From assembly GCF_001194135.2 (NCBI RefSeq), contig NC_068991.1:48647230-48684437 (forward strand): a stretch of 37,208 nt of DNA, read 5' to 3'. Numbering within the stretch: the stretch's first letter is position 1; each line of letters starts with the position of its first letter. A program made the translations under genes and the position numbers. The notes below the pieces were generated by a model. It worked only from the letters and a program-made list of their open reading frames with translations, did no database searches and had not been told where the DNA came from. Below, in pieces: positions 1 to 13,882 of the stretch. This DNA is from Octopus bimaculoides. Taxonomy: Eukaryota.

Positions 1-44
1 ATATATGTATATATATACATATATACATATATATGTATATATAT

Positions 45-78
<34 letters not shown>

Positions 79-287
79 GCGTGTGTGTACGTGTGTGTGT
101 GTGTGTGTGTGTGTACGCGCACATGTGTGCGTTTATTGAGAAATCCATTTCTAAAAAACCTGCCATTTATGTAAAATTATTTTGAACTAATTGGTATGTT
201 ATATAAAACCACTGCACAAATCTTTCCCTCTCTCTCTCTCACCTGACTATGTATGTATGCATGTATGTATGTATGTATGTATGTATG

Positions 288-322
<35 letters not shown>

Positions 323-965
323 ATATCTATTTATCTGTTTGTCTCTCTGTCTGTCTGTCTGTCTATCTATCTTTCTATCTATCTATCTACATACATATAT
401 TTATATATGTGCTCATGTGTGTACGTGTGTATTGAAAGAAAACAGTTTTATTAAGTACCTCGTGGAAACTAATAATCATGGTAATCGGGGAATTTTCTGT
501 ATATATGCGCCAGACTTCGCCATTTGTTGGAAATATTTCAGTATACAGCTGACTTTTGAGGGCGATTCTACGACAGAGGTACCAACTATTGAAACTAGGA
601 TTGATAGATTACATGGTCTTATCTAACTTATGCAACTGAAAATTCTGTTATGAAACTTATAAATGAAAAAATCTCTGTGAAATGCTTACAGCGTTTCTCA
701 AACGTGTTACCCTTGCGAAACCCTTAAAATTAATTACATGTCTCAAGGAACCCCAGCACACAAAAAAAAACATAATATGGCATATGTTTCTCATATGTTT
801 TCATCGTAGCTCACATGGNNNNNNNNNNNNNNNNNNNNNNNNNNNNNNNNNNNNNNNNNNNNNNNNNNNNNNNNNNNNNNNNNNNNNNNNNNNNNNNNNN
901 NNNNNNNNNNNNNNNNNNNNNNNNNNNNNNNNNNNNNNNNNNNNNNNNNNNNNNNNNNNNNNNNN

Positions 966-1029
<64 letters not shown>

Positions 1030-1032
<3 letters not shown>

Positions 1033-1400
1033 GAGGCGCAACGGCTCAATGGTAGGGTTGCCGGCTCGCTGTCACGGGATCGCGGTTTCAATTCCCAGAC
1101 CGTGCGTTGTGAGTGTTTATTGAGCGAAAACACGTAAAGCTCCACGAGCCACCGGCGGCAGGGGGTGGTAGCGAACCCTGCTGTACTGTTTCACCACTCC
1201 TTCTTCCTGTTTCTGTTGTAACTGTATTACAAAGGGCCAGCCTTGTCACACACTGTGTCAAGCAGAATCTCCCTGAGAACTACGTTAAGGGTACACGTGT
1301 CTGTGGATTGCTCAGCCACTTGCACGTTAATTTCACGAGCAGGCTGTTCCGTTGATCGGATCAACTGGAACACTCGTCGTCGTAAACTACGGAGTGCCAC
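1030..1400 (+). mobile_element. tRNA-derived SINE (family B), near full length
   Basis: A-box-like CGGCTCAATGGTAGG (1042-1056) and B-box-like GGTTTCAATTCC (1084-1095). Head and core are shared with 26203-26500, and the 3' part recurs degenerately at ~18945-19057. Confidence 0.85.
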
Positions 1401-2985
1401 GATATATATGTTGAAATTAACATTAGCTTATCTCACTCTTTCTCGTGGAACACCTAGGAACCTTTTGCGGAAAGCTAGGTTTCGCGGGAACTCCGGTTGA
1501 GAACTTTAACGTGTTAATTGAGGCAAATATAAATTGGATCAAAATTGATCCCAGATTTACTTTAAGAGCAAACGCACTGTCAGCACCGATCCACACTAAG
1601 ACGATAAGAGCAGAAAAAGAGGAAAGACATTCTCTATATGAGAATCCGTTGCTGTCTGCCTAACTTTAGTAACACCATAGCACTGGCCGCAGCAGTTATG
1701 GGACGTTTTTCAGGTAGCCCCGTTCTTGGCGCCATTAACTGCCTATATTATCATCCTCGCTAAAGAAAGACGCATGCGTATGTGTGCTTCATCTACATGT
1801 CATATTTCAAAACCACTTCCGAGTGACCGATTCGTTTCCGGCTTCTTCCGGCTATCGATTTGTTAATCCAATTAATGTATAGCATATTCTCTAGCGTGCC
1901 AAGTTCGCTGCCAATGCCGCCTTTTTCATTGTTCTCTGATAATCGTTTTACAGGCTCCATTAGAATTTCCATCTTCTTTATCCCGTCTTTCCCCATTGTT
2001 TCTCTTTGTTCTCTTCATTTCTGCTTCGCCTTTCCACCCCCATTTTCTTTGTTTCATTCATCATTTTCTTCTACTTTCACTTTCTACTTCTTTTGTAAAT
2101 TTTCATTTTCTAATTTCTTTTTTTACGCTTACTCATGTTCCTTACACACCATATGTTCTCCATTTGTAATTCTCTTGATTTTTTTAAATATTTCCGTTAT
2201 ACTCCATCACTGTCGATCTATTTCATTATACTTATTTCCTACTCACACGTTTTCTCTCTTTTGCATAGACATACATGCACACACATACACACACACACAC
2301 GTCTTCTCTCTGTCACACACACACACTGTCTCTCTGTCACACGCATACAATATCGCTCACTCTCACTTTCGGGCTCTCTTTTTTTCTTTTTCCTAGACTT
2401 TATTTATTAATAAGTAACTGTTGCTGTATGTTATAGCTTTTTAATTACAGTTGGACATCTCCTCTTACACTATAAACAAGAGCCGATGTAATGGAACCGT
2501 AGAGAACGTTGCTGTTGATTGATCAAAGTGAATATTGAGGTTGAGTAAACATAGCAAGTAAACAACTAAAGTCTGATAAAAAAAAAGGCCAAAATGTAAA
2601 ATCAAAAAAACATATAACAACTTGATCTAAATAAACAGGATTTCTCTTTTCTCAACCATATCTTTCTGCTCGCCGTCGCTACTCCCACTCTTTCGTTCTC
2701 CCTCTCTCTTTCAATATATTTATGTGACGTGTGTGTATATTTATGTATCTATCTTCCCCCCCCCACACACACATACATATATATACATATATATATGCAT
2801 GTATATANNNNNNNNNNNNNNNNNNNNNNNNNNNNNNNNNNNNNNNNNNNNNNNNNNNNNNNNNNNNNNNNNNNNNNNNNNNNNNNNNNNNNNNNNNNNN
2901 NNNNNNNNNNNNNNNNNNNNNNNNNNNNNNNNNNNNNNNNNNNNNNNNNNNNNNNNNNNNNNNNNNNNNNNNNNNNNNNNNNNNN

Positions 2986-3023
<38 letters not shown>

Positions 3024-4983
3024 GTATATATGTACATATGTTCACAGGCAGACACGCACACAAACAACATATACACACATACAAGCACACGCACAAACAT
3101 ACGCATGCGCACATACACATAGATACATATATACATTATATATATAACCTTGCAGTGGGCGACGTATGAAGTCAGTAAATATACAGGATAGAGCAATAAG
3201 ACAACAAAGATTATTTTTTAATGATGTATCAAGATGCACACTGAGTAGAGTGACTTACAGATTTTGAAGAGAAAGTTGAGAATTAAAAGGGGGAAAAAAT
3301 TGTACTATGTTTTCGAGCCACTGTGTGTGTAGTAGAGTTGGATACCTGTAGCTAGAAACTATCTGTCTATCTTCTGTCTATTTGTTTGTCTGTCTATCTA
3401 CCTACCTATATATATTTTTCTCAATCTCAATATATATATATATACAGAGCGAGAGAGAGACAGAGGAGAGAGAGAGAGAGAGGGGGAGAGAGTGAGAGAG
3501 AAATTGAACTCATGTGATCGTAAGAATCTCGATATAGAAAACACTTTGTAGCGCTCAAATGATTTGAACTTACACTCGATATCTCTATTAAGGACCAAGT
3601 CGTCATCGGGGTAAACATTGGATACAAGGGGAATCCAAGCGAGCAGATACTACATATGGAGACAATGATTCAAATAAACAGTTAAAACCTTGGGTTCTAA
3701 TGTATAAAATATATGTACATGTATATATGTAAAAAGAGAAGGCAGACTTAAATTTGCAGATGATACGCAATCAAGTATAAATATATATATATTTTATAGA
3801 GCATATCATATATATATATATATATATATATAGGTTATGAGCGGTAGGGTGTAATGAGAGACTTTACGTCAGTTTTTCTTCTCCTAGACAAGATCACTCA
3901 TTCCTAGTAATGTGGTACCCCATGCCAACGTTACAATTTTCATGATTCTCTGCTCTCAAACATGGTGTGCCAGTCCGTTACGAAAACATGTTAATTTTCT
4001 GCGCAGACACTGCGTTTCCTGCACCAGAGACACTAGTTTGTCGAGGATTGTTGCAGAATTTACAGCTGTCCATGAGAAATAGCATGACAAAGCTTGTGTA
4101 CACAGTATAGGATAGTTGTTGGCTTTAATCAGTTCATCCATCCCTTCATAGCTTGACAATAAATCGTAATATCGTCACAGTAAAATGGAATGCTATGAGT
4201 AAAGAGTACTAATCGTTCAGCCACTTTCACATGATCAGATTTAGCGCTTCAATCTCGACTATCGATTATAGGAGAACTATGTCAAATTGTTTAAAATTAT
4301 CAATATTTTGACCTGTAAAAATCCAGGTATTCGTGTAGTAAATAACAGGTAGTTTTACGAACGATATATGCGATTGCCAAATGCAGAATATAATCTTGTA
4401 CTTTTATAGTCACGATGTGGTCAGCAATTTTCATCGCTTTTTCGACCATAATAGTGTTACCATATGAATCTACGTCGGTATTTATGTCTAAATTCCCTTT
4501 CTATATACTTTCTAATGGTAAAGTATAAAAGAGTTTGAGTTGCGATATTCCAATGTCACATTAAAATATTACTGTTACCCAAATGTGCATTATCACTATT
4601 TCCGTTACAAGTGCTGAAAATAACGGTTTGTGAATTAGAATATTTTAATCACATCAAAGTATTTTTGTCTTTGGTTAGAATATTTCAATATAGTGTAAGA
4701 AGATGAATCAAATTATCACCAAACCGAGAGATATATTTATAAGGGTTCACGCTTATCAAACCTGACAACATTCGGAAAAAAGCTGAGTAACATCCTACGT
4801 GTTTAATCAATCAAAGAAGCACTGGAGATAACAAAGGCGTTCAGAAATATCCCTATTTAATTTAAAATATCATAATACACAAATAATCTATTCATCTAAG
4901 ATTTAAAGGCACAAAAAGACTTTGGTTAAGAATCAGGAAAACAATACGTTGTAGGAGTTACGCAAAATACAGAATTTCTATCC

Positions 4984-5048
<65 letters not shown>

Positions 5049-5734
5049 CCTACCTACCTACCTACCTACCTACCTACCTGCCTACCTACTTATTTACCTA
5101 TCTATCTACCTGTCTGTCTGTATGTCTGTATGTCTGTATGTCTGTCTATCTATCTATCGATGTTTGTTTCTGTGTATATAAATATATGTATGTGTGTGTT
5201 TTTGTGTGAGCGTGCTTTGCATGTTTTGTAAACCACACAAAGTCTCAAACGAAACGAAAATTACGCAATAAGTCAATTATTCCGAACAGTAGCAAAATTA
5301 TCAATGAATTTCCTGGGTCGTTGACAACAAACAGCGAGGATAACGAAAGACGGTCAACATAACTTGTACGAAATATCCCGTCCTTAGTTTCCTAATAAGT
5401 TATGTTCATAATTTCAAAATCAAAAGCCGGATCACTCAGCCTCACGACGACAGCAGTACTGAAAATCATTTTAGCACAGATTAGATTTGAAAAATACAGA
5501 CGATATATATGTATGTATTTATGTACAGGAATACTCATATGCAATTTTAATATTTTATACCGTGATATTTATGCATACTATTGTCAATGATTATATGTTT
5601 CCTGGCTGATGAGTGGTTCATTCTCATGAAGATGCTGTGATCGATGACCCAGTGTCTGTGTGACTTGGACGAATATTTCTTCACCGATGTAATCATACAT
5701 ACACAAAACACATACATACATATACACATTTATA

Positions 5735-5845
<111 letters not shown>

Positions 5846-5859
5846 TGGATCGCTGAAAT

Positions 5860-6035
5860 CTACATTCTTTTTCATTCTCTTTCTGTTTATTTCCTCATTC
5901 CTTTCTACTGAAGAGCGTAGGCTCGAACGTAAAAGACTTTTTCATTTTCCTGAGCATCAAGCTAATACACTTGCTTGTTGTTCATACACCTGTCTTCGTT
6001 TTTTGTTTTTCTATGAAATTTCAACTATATACACG
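5860..6035 (+). repeat. Probable Penelope-associated terminal repeat fragment with hammerhead-like motif
   Basis: CTGAAGAGCGTAGGCTCGAACGTA at 5908-5931 resembles CTGANGA...CGAAACG motifs of Penelope pseudo-LTRs. Boundaries are approximate. Confidence 0.4.
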
Positions 6036-6297
6036 TCTGCATGTATATATAAGCGAACTTTAAATTAGTTAAAATATGTTTATGACATACATCATATTCT
6101 AAAGGTAAATTGACTGGAGTTACTGAGGAGAAAAAATTCTCTCTTATGCTAAACAGTTATATAAACACCATATCTGTCCATGATAACGGTAGTGGATCTG
6201 CGTTTAGAAGCTGAAATATGCCACAAACATATTTTAACTTACCCAAAGTTCGCTCATGTCTAAGCACTGCTTGGAGCTGATAGTGCTATAAGATATG

Positions 6298-6370
<73 letters not shown>

Positions 6371-6377
6371 ATATACA

Positions 6378-6410
<33 letters not shown>

Positions 6411-6689
6411 ATACAAGCGCACACAAATATCAAAATGTTACATATTTAAGTTTGCTTCTATGCTTTAGGAAGGAAAAAATTCATAATATTGTGATAGAAA
6501 AGTGTTTTGTATCTGTCGGCCATCAAAGAGAGATACTAATGAAGAATTTGAGTTTTACAGAATGTTTTCCCAACAACGAATACTGCTGATATTTACAAGG
6601 ACAGAATAAATATAGCACTTCAACATTAACGTGAAAACAAATTTTAAATCAATACCATCCATAGAATCCAAAATTAATCTGCTTTCTCA

Positions 6690-7075
6690 TACATAAAAAC
6701 GTTCCAGAAACCAACCCTTGTACATCCAACCACAATGCAAAGTATTCAAACACGTTTTCTACTAAAGAAAATTGATGCATTATACTTCAACCATCCTACT
6801 CTCAACAGGCATATAGAATTATTCTGTCGAGAGTCTATCATGAAGCTGATAGCAAGAAAGAATAAAGCGACAACCAACACGATCAAGCAGCCACCCTAAA
6901 ATCACTAAGAAATGGAAGTTTATATGGTATAATTTACCATAAATTGTTGGTGTAATAAACCAACGCTACAGCATATTTCCCTCCCTGAGCAGTCAATAAA
7001 AAATATCTCGAATGACCATATATTCAACAAGCTGTTTAAAAAAATCAACGTTCAAGTAAGTTACAAAGGAAATGT
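6690..7075 (+). mobile_element. Degenerate Penelope-like element fragment (RT C-terminus/linker)
   Basis: Broken-frame translations PLYI, KWKFIWYNLP and DHIFNKLFKKINVQVSYK match, in order, the Penelope motifs PLYIN, RNIIWFNPP and LHKIFNRNTVKVSYS. Confidence 0.6.
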
Positions 7076-7273
7076 ATGTAGCTTTGGAAAAAGCATTTAC
7101 ATGTGTGAATCCCTGACTACTTCAAATGTTTCCAACCAAAAGTAACATATCCTACATATAGGTAAATATGCAGATATATATGGATGTATATATATATATG
7201 CATAAATACATACAAACATTTACATATATATGCTTAATATATATATACACACGCACATATATATATATATTAA

Positions 7274-7309
<36 letters not shown>

Positions 7310-7326
7310 CACATTNNNNNNNNNNA

Positions 7327-7362
<36 letters not shown>

Positions 7363-7374
7363 CACATTACACAC

Positions 7375-7426
<52 letters not shown>

Positions 7427-7479
7427 ATTAATATTTTTAAGTCTCTCTAAAGGAGACTACGGTAGCGGTACTGGAAATT

Positions 7480-7710
7480 AATAGTTATCGCCAAGCCAAT
7501 ATGGCAGTCCCAAAATTAGGACGAAAGTTGCCGTGAATTAGCTCCAAGAAGCCATCGCCTCTAGCTAGCTATGTGACACACGAAACCTGTGTCCTTTATA
7601 ACCTTCGAACAGGGGAGGTCAGCAGTTTCCCCTTGCTGGTTTGGCATCTGCAGACTAGTTTCAGGGTGTTGCCCCTTGTCAATGCAGAGCAGCCAAGCTC
7701 CAGCCAGGAT
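7480..7710. repeat. GC-richer block, probably an unclassified interspersed repeat
   Basis: Abrupt composition change between microsatellites, with no recognisable ORF or Pol III boxes. The family was not identified. Confidence 0.3.
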
Positions 7711-8181
7711 ATATATATATACACCTACACATATATCCATACATGCCTATCGTTCAATATGTACTGATACTGAAATGAATTTTTCATTTCTGTATATGTC
7801 TCTGCGTATCTGCTATTTGTAGGATTGCATATATAGTTGTACGAATGTTTAGCTGGATCTGTATCGCTTTGCTTGTATATGTGTGTTCAAGCAACGAAGA
7901 AAATTGCTCCCACTTTAAAATAGAAAAACCATGCACAGTTTTTTTTTTCCATTTTTGCTTCTTTGGGAAAATTGTAATTACTCTCAAGAACATATTATTC
8001 GGAAAACTCAATTACTGAAAAACTTGGGCATTTATTTCATTAAATTCTTCTTTACTTCCTAAAATATCTCTACACTTTGCATGAGCCATTGTATAAGGAA
8101 CCACTATAAAGTACACACACATACACACCGACACATACTCTCTGTCTGTCTGTCTCTCTCTCCGACACTTATTTTATATAT

Positions 8182-8236
<55 letters not shown>

Positions 8237-8665
8237 TACTCTGAGCGAGAAAGAGACGGAGAGCATCTTTGAAAATTCGAAACACACTACAAGCACACCC
8301 TGGAGGATACATTTGCAGATGCATCCCCATGCATATCTGTGTTTTTTGGGTGGGGAGGACTGTGTAACATTAATGCAACTGGTAGATGGAACGCGACCTT
8401 AACATCGCATGGTTTTATAAAGAATTTCTTTTCATAGAAACCAATAGTCCGATACTATAGGCTACGTGTATTTATATTTGTAATTTTTGAATCAGGGATT
8501 AAATAATGGACGACAAGTCAGCCATTTAATTGACACCAATATACACTCATGCCAATTAAATAGACGTGCTTTCAACGATTATTCGAACTCCGATTGAATA
8601 ACTTTGAATATATTCACACAACGCTTGATATCGAATAACTGCCTTATATTCAAAGATGTGTGTGT

Positions 8666-8699
<34 letters not shown>

Positions 8700-8812
8700 A
8701 TGTGTGCGCGTGTGTAGATGCATGTAGGAAATTCATATAAGCAGTAAATTTAATATGTCAAATAATTAAAGGGTGTTCTATATTAGAAATGTCTGGAAAT
8801 GTGGTGAGAATT

Positions 8813-8917
8813 TTCTGTAAGTTAGGATGATAAATCGATACGAATTGATTGAATGGCATTAATTAAGTAAACATCAATTCGAACATCTTTGTCGCCATGT
8901 TTTTATCATAGCTTTGT
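8813..8917 (+). repeat. Direct repeat copy 1 (pairs with 9910-10007)
   Basis: GAATTGATTGAATGG(C/T)ATTAATTAAGTA...AACATCTTTGTCGCCAT...AGCTTTGT is present in both copies. Confidence 0.8.
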
Positions 8918-9025
8918 GGTAATCATCGTCGTCGTCGTTGTCGTCATCGTCATCGTAGTCATTATCTCCAGTATCTTTATAATCATCATCTTTACACGAA
9001 GATCTTTTCATAACTATATGCATCC

Positions 9026-9096
9026 CTCCTCCTCTTCTCTCTCCTCCTCTTCTCTCTCCTCCTCTTCTCTCTCCTCCTCTTCTCTCTCCTCCTCTT
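9026..9096. repeat. 15-bp polypyrimidine minisatellite (CTCCTCCTCTTCTCT) x ~4.7
   Basis: Perfect tandem units read directly. Confidence 0.95.
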
Positions 9097-9154
9097 AACA
9101 ATAACAACAACGGCAGTAATAAAATTAACACTACTACTACTAATAATAATAATA

Positions 9155-9657
<503 letters not shown>

Positions 9658-9679
9658 CAATGGTATGTAATTTTTCAGG

Positions 9680-9843
9680 GATAGGGTTGTCGATGATATC
9701 GTCCTCAATGTTTAACTAGTATTTATTTTATCGACCCCGAAACGATGAAAGTCAAATTTGACCTTAGTGACATATGAATTCGAAACATAAATAGTGAGAT
9801 GGAAATGCCGCTAAGCATTTTGTCTGACGTACAATTTTCGCCA
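9680..9843 (-). mobile_element. Degenerate SINE family A copy
   Basis: ATCGACCCCGAAACGATGAAAGTCAAA and GAAATGCCGCTAAGCATTTTG match family A. Confidence 0.75.
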
Positions 9844-9909
9844 ACCATGGATGCTTGAGTATTGATGATAGTATGTATAATGTGTGTATGTAATATGAAA
9901 TTAAACACT

Positions 9910-10007
9910 TTTCAGTAATTTATATAACTTGACATGAATTGATTGAATGGTATTAATTAAGTATGAATGAAAACATCTTTGTCGCCATCTTGAATTGAAA
10001 GCTTTGT
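9910..10007 (+). repeat. Direct repeat copy 2 (pairs with 8813-8917)
   Basis: See copy 1. Confidence 0.8.
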
Positions 10008-10839
10008 TTCTACGTAATAACTATTGCTTAATCAATTGTGTGGTGTGTATTGTTTTTTTTGTTTTTTTTTGGCATAGCTTCTTTTATTCAATCAAGGTAG
10101 TGAATCAGCATGGTCTCTCCATTCTGGGATCAGAATGTGAAACGCTCTGTTATCAAAAACTGTCAATTGTACTGTTTACGATCGTTAAAGTGAGTTCCCA
10201 AGGGCGGTAAATCCACCGAACTATTAAACGTGATATAAGAGACCTGCTGTATATATCCTGAAAGCTGCGTCGAATAAGATGCATTTTAAATGACACTTGT
10301 ACTAAGCTATACTGGCTCTAATGCGCCGGCTTTTCTCTTGGATAACATCAATGGCCTGGAGAAAGGGTTACATATATAGGCATCTGCCAATCTTTAAGAA
10401 GCCTGAGAATAGATGTACGGAGTCGTGATCAACACTTCTAAATATCTGGAAATCTCTATTTCCATTTTTTTCTTTATATTCCGATAATTTCTCTGTTTCT
10501 TTTATAGATGTATTTTCGTTTCTTGCAAATAGTTTCGTATTCTTTTTAGAATCATGTGAAATATATCGTACGTGGGATATGTTGGGCGTACAGTTAGTTT
10601 ATATTTACTTCTATAGGAGACATTATCTCTTGTAGAAGTAGTATGAGAATATACGCAAATAGATACCCTAGAAATGTACAGCATACCATATCATTGTATT
10701 CATTGAACCAACTTGGAATTCATCAATTCTGTCACTTAATTAAAATATTTGCCAAACTTGCCTCGTATTAAAAGTGACCATTTTAAAATTTGGATAATAT
10801 AGTCATAAGTTCAAATAAAACAGAATGGTGAATAGTAGA

Positions 10840-11310
10840 AAAATTTTGATCATAGATCTCCTTAATACGTGTGACGGTTCAGCTAAACATCAACAACAGC
10901 TACATCAACAGCTACTAGAATTAACAAAATCATATAATTTGTAACACGAATTAAATCGATCAGTACTTTATAAGGTTTTAATAGCAGTTGTCTAAGTTAT
11001 AATACAGTCATTAATGAAGAGTAGAAGCATGCCGACCGCCTAAATTGCATTTGATAAATGATCGAAGCCTCATTCACGATGATTTCAATAAAACAAATAT
11101 GGCAGCAATCTAATCAGTTAAGAATATATTTCATTAAAACATGCCGATGTTACATGAATCACGCTCATTTGGTAAAAGTTTAGTTTAGAAGGAAAAAATA
11201 ATAATAAAAAGCTTTCATAAAATATTTGATTGAATTCTAGAGAATGAAACTTTTGTCAGCAGTTCCCATTTTCCAAATGAATACATTAAATAAATTTGAA
11301 GCTTTTTTGT
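10840..11310 (+). mobile_element. Highly decayed hAT (Buster/ZBED5-like) transposase relic
   Basis: TCDGSA (10867-10884) resembles TTDGAP. EYISLKHADVT* (H at 11140) followed by GKSL resembles LLLHTEVRWLSRGK. KMNTLNK near 11277 resembles KLNELN. Order and spacing fit, but there are many stops and frameshifts. Confidence 0.45.
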
Positions 11311-12099
11311 CCTTCTTTTAGAATTTCGAATATCCGGAATTAGAATCAATGTAAAACTAATTTGTTATGATTTAATATGCTTCTGTAAACAGTGTATATC
11401 TGGGTTTTAAAATCTTTCTAATTCAGAAAGCTTTATGATTAACCTAAAATAAGGAAAAAGCGGGAAAAAAATGGCAACAATAAACAAGCAGTAACAGGCT
11501 AAGAAAAAGCGAAAACAAGAATACAATAAGGTTTGAATGGAACCTGTAATCTTGTGTACCAACTCTAATTCTCTTTAGGTAAATAAGATTTGTGATGGAA
11601 TGTTTCCTGTTAAACAAAGTTTTCTAAATAAAATACTCAAAAGGAAATATTGTGTATGTAGTTTTTAGTACAATGGCGGATATAATACAAAACATTCATA
11701 TTATTAATGTGCAGATATAATAACGTTTTTCAACTATTATTTATTGTAAAATGGATTAATATAAACACGATTCATTATCATTTCCATTTCATATATTTTC
11801 TCAGTAAAGGGAATTTCCCCCTTTTTATAACCTGAATTATATTTCCTGACAACTATTGAAGAACACAAATCCAATGAAAATTATATGTATTTATTCGTTG
11901 CTTATTCGATATTTCCTCTTTTGCGTCTGTTGTTTCGTTCCACAATTTCGTCACACCCGATGCAATTAACTTGTTGATTTTATTTTGTTTTTCACCTTGC
12001 AAATATTACAAATTATATATAGCAAATGTTAAAAGACATCATATCGATACTATTTCAGCAGAAAACTTATTTAAAAATAAAACATTCATTTTTAACTAA

Positions 12100-12270
12100 A
12101 TAATGCAATATCTAACAAATATGTAATAGATCTGATCCATTTCTCGGTTTAACACAACCACTTGGTCCTTGGATGTCTTTAGCGACATCCGTTGTTTTGT
12201 AAGCATTCCTCACAGATTTCACTTCGAGTGATCGCCGCGTCTTTTCCTCCCGGCAACTCTGTACGTCCTG
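12100..12270 (-). mobile_element. Possible decayed mariner transposase C-terminus
   Basis: Minus-strand translation ...LEVKSVRNAY...DIQGPSGCVKPRNGSD loosely resembles mariner C-termini (GI.KL..RW.KCV..NGDY). Confidence 0.25.
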
Positions 12271-12539
12271 AAATGACCATTGATTCGAAAACTTCTACTT
12301 TTCACTAAGAAATAAAAACATAAATATATTCAACAAATTAACGTTACACTAGGAAACATATAGCATCGGAATTAGAAATATTTTAGTCAGACTTTATAGC
12401 ATCCTATCCCTTGCAGAAGATTTCTGTGTCTGAAACGAGAAGCTAAATGGTGAGGTGTTAGTATATTTCTCTAAGAATATTACTGGCTTACATGAAGTAT
12501 GATTTCTTCAAATTGAGTTTGAGACCTTTTCACAATTTC

Positions 12540-12774
12540 TTATTTCTTTATTGCCCACAAGGGGCTAAACATAGAGGAGGCAAACAAGGACAGACAAATG
12601 GATTAAGTCGATTATATCGACCCCTAGTGCGTAACTGGTACTTATTTAATCGACCCCGAAAGGATGAAAGGCAAAGTCGACCTCGGCGGAATTTGAACTC
12701 AGAACGTAACGGCAGACGAAGTACAGCTAAGCATTTCGCCCGGCTTGCTAACGTTTCTGCCAGCTCGCCGCCTT
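12540..12774 (-). mobile_element. tRNA-derived SINE family A, best-preserved full copy
   Basis: Minus strand reads GGCGGCGAGCTGGCAGAAACGTTAGC (A-box-like), GAGTTCAAATTCCGCC (B-box), then the core GCCTTTCATCCTTTCGGGGTCGATTAAATAAGTACCAG, which resembles the Nin/Sauria-type SINE core as recalled. Confidence 0.92.
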
Positions 12775-13794
12775 TTCACAGTTTCTGATTGACTGTTGGA
12801 AAATGTCACAAGCCTTCAGTGTAACTTTTCTTCTGTGAAAAGTATTGTGAACTGCGATGTTAAACGCACTTGTCTTTCCCGTATTCGTCTATTCAACAAT
12901 GCTGGATTACTTATATTGATATAGAATTAAATCAAATGCAATCGAGTCATTGGAACAATACTAAAGTTCATAGCTTCATGAATGTTACTCTCTGTTTCGG
13001 GCCTTGTGCCTAGAGTAGAAAAGAATGTTATTCTCTGAATCGTGAGAATGATGATAAATGGTTTTATATGAACAAATTACATAAAATGATATGCTTTGCT
13101 ACAAGAGAAGGTTCTAGATAATTCAGATAATAATTAACAAGTTCATCGGTACTCAAAACTCAGCTGCCACCACAGGTACAAAGGCCAACATTACAAGAAG
13201 ATCAGTATTTAGACAAGTTGCATATCCCTTGCCTACCTACTCCCCATATATTATGAATAGCTACACACCATGCCAACATATTATGTAGGAAATCATTGCA
13301 TTCATTCATTAGAACCTGGACAATTCTGTCATAAACTCCAGGTTAAAATCAAATCAGAAAATGCAAACATCCTCGAGTGCACAAAGATCATGTGTAGATA
13401 GGAGGAATTTCTGACAGACAAATTAGATCTCTGTTAGCGACAGAGAATACCTACTTAACTTTATATTTCACAAGATCATATTTAGGTAACGTACGTCATT
13501 TTGCTCCACCTGAAGCAATGCTCTTTAATAACGTTTGTTTCATCTTTTGTAATCCTAAAGTTTGTGTAGTCCAAAGTTATGATCGGGAATTTTTCCGATT
13601 AGCTAAGCAATAAACAAAATAACCGAAGTGCCTACTACACTCGGTTGAAGTTCGAAATTGTATTTAATTTCAAGTTGACTCTCTAAACGATTCAAGTGTT
13701 AATGCCACTGACATCGGCGAAACTACACGAATCGTTAGGTTAACAAAATGTCGACGTTTCGACAGTTATTCAAACAATTGCTGTCTGGATATAT

Positions 13795-13882
13795 CTTCTT
13801 CTTCTTCTTCTTCTTCTTCTTCTTCTTCTTCTTCTTCTTCTTCTTCTTCTTCTTCTTCTTCTTCTTCTTCTTCTTCTTCTTC
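13795..13882. repeat. (TTC)n microsatellite
   Basis: Pure trinucleotide run. Confidence 0.97.

Noticed and set aside
1030-1100. tRNA-like A/B boxes (also at ~12700-12770, 26205-26270, 33180-33240)
   Set aside because: No complete cloverleaf, and each continues into SINE core sequence, so these are SINE heads, not tRNA genes.
1660-2000. Minus-strand ORF 1793-1996 with faint resemblance to an RTE/L2 LINE C-terminus
   Set aside because: The diagnostic motifs (RRLRW.GHV, GRP) cannot be read convincingly.
2470-2510. CNGT translation reminiscent of the Helitron LCNGTRL motif
   Set aside because: Only four residues, with no flanking helicase motifs.
191-3239. Many 60-180 aa ORFs rich in YI/CV/HT/LS repeats (also at 7152-7481, 21871-22842, 24431-25299, 29740-31616)
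   Set aside because: They are translations of dinucleotide or tetranucleotide microsatellites and N gaps, not genes.
4200-4470. Possible mariner YSPDLAPSD-like relic on the minus strand
   Set aside because: The match is too degenerate to distinguish from chance.
5600-5652. CTGATGA...GAAG...CCAG hammerhead-like arrangement
   Set aside because: No GAAA, no UH triplet and no stem III, so likely chance.
7610-7650. Potential pseudoknot GGGGA/TCCCC with CAGCA/TGCTG, considered as an HDV-like ribozyme
   Set aside because: The P3/L3, P1.1, P4 and catalytic J4/2 elements could not be fitted on either strand.
7830-8016. Short plus-strand frame MFSWICIALLVYVCSSNEENC... resembling a signal peptide
   Set aside because: Under 60 codons with no credible donor site. 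Hydrophobic stretches arise readily in T-rich DNA.
13752-13795. Minus-strand GACAG-loop-CTGTC-GAAAC-GTC, resembling hammerhead stem II and the GAAAC-GUC half
   Set aside because: No CUGANGA box precedes the stem, since the (GAA)n array lies there instead. The motif is incomplete and may be a Penelope-end relic at best.
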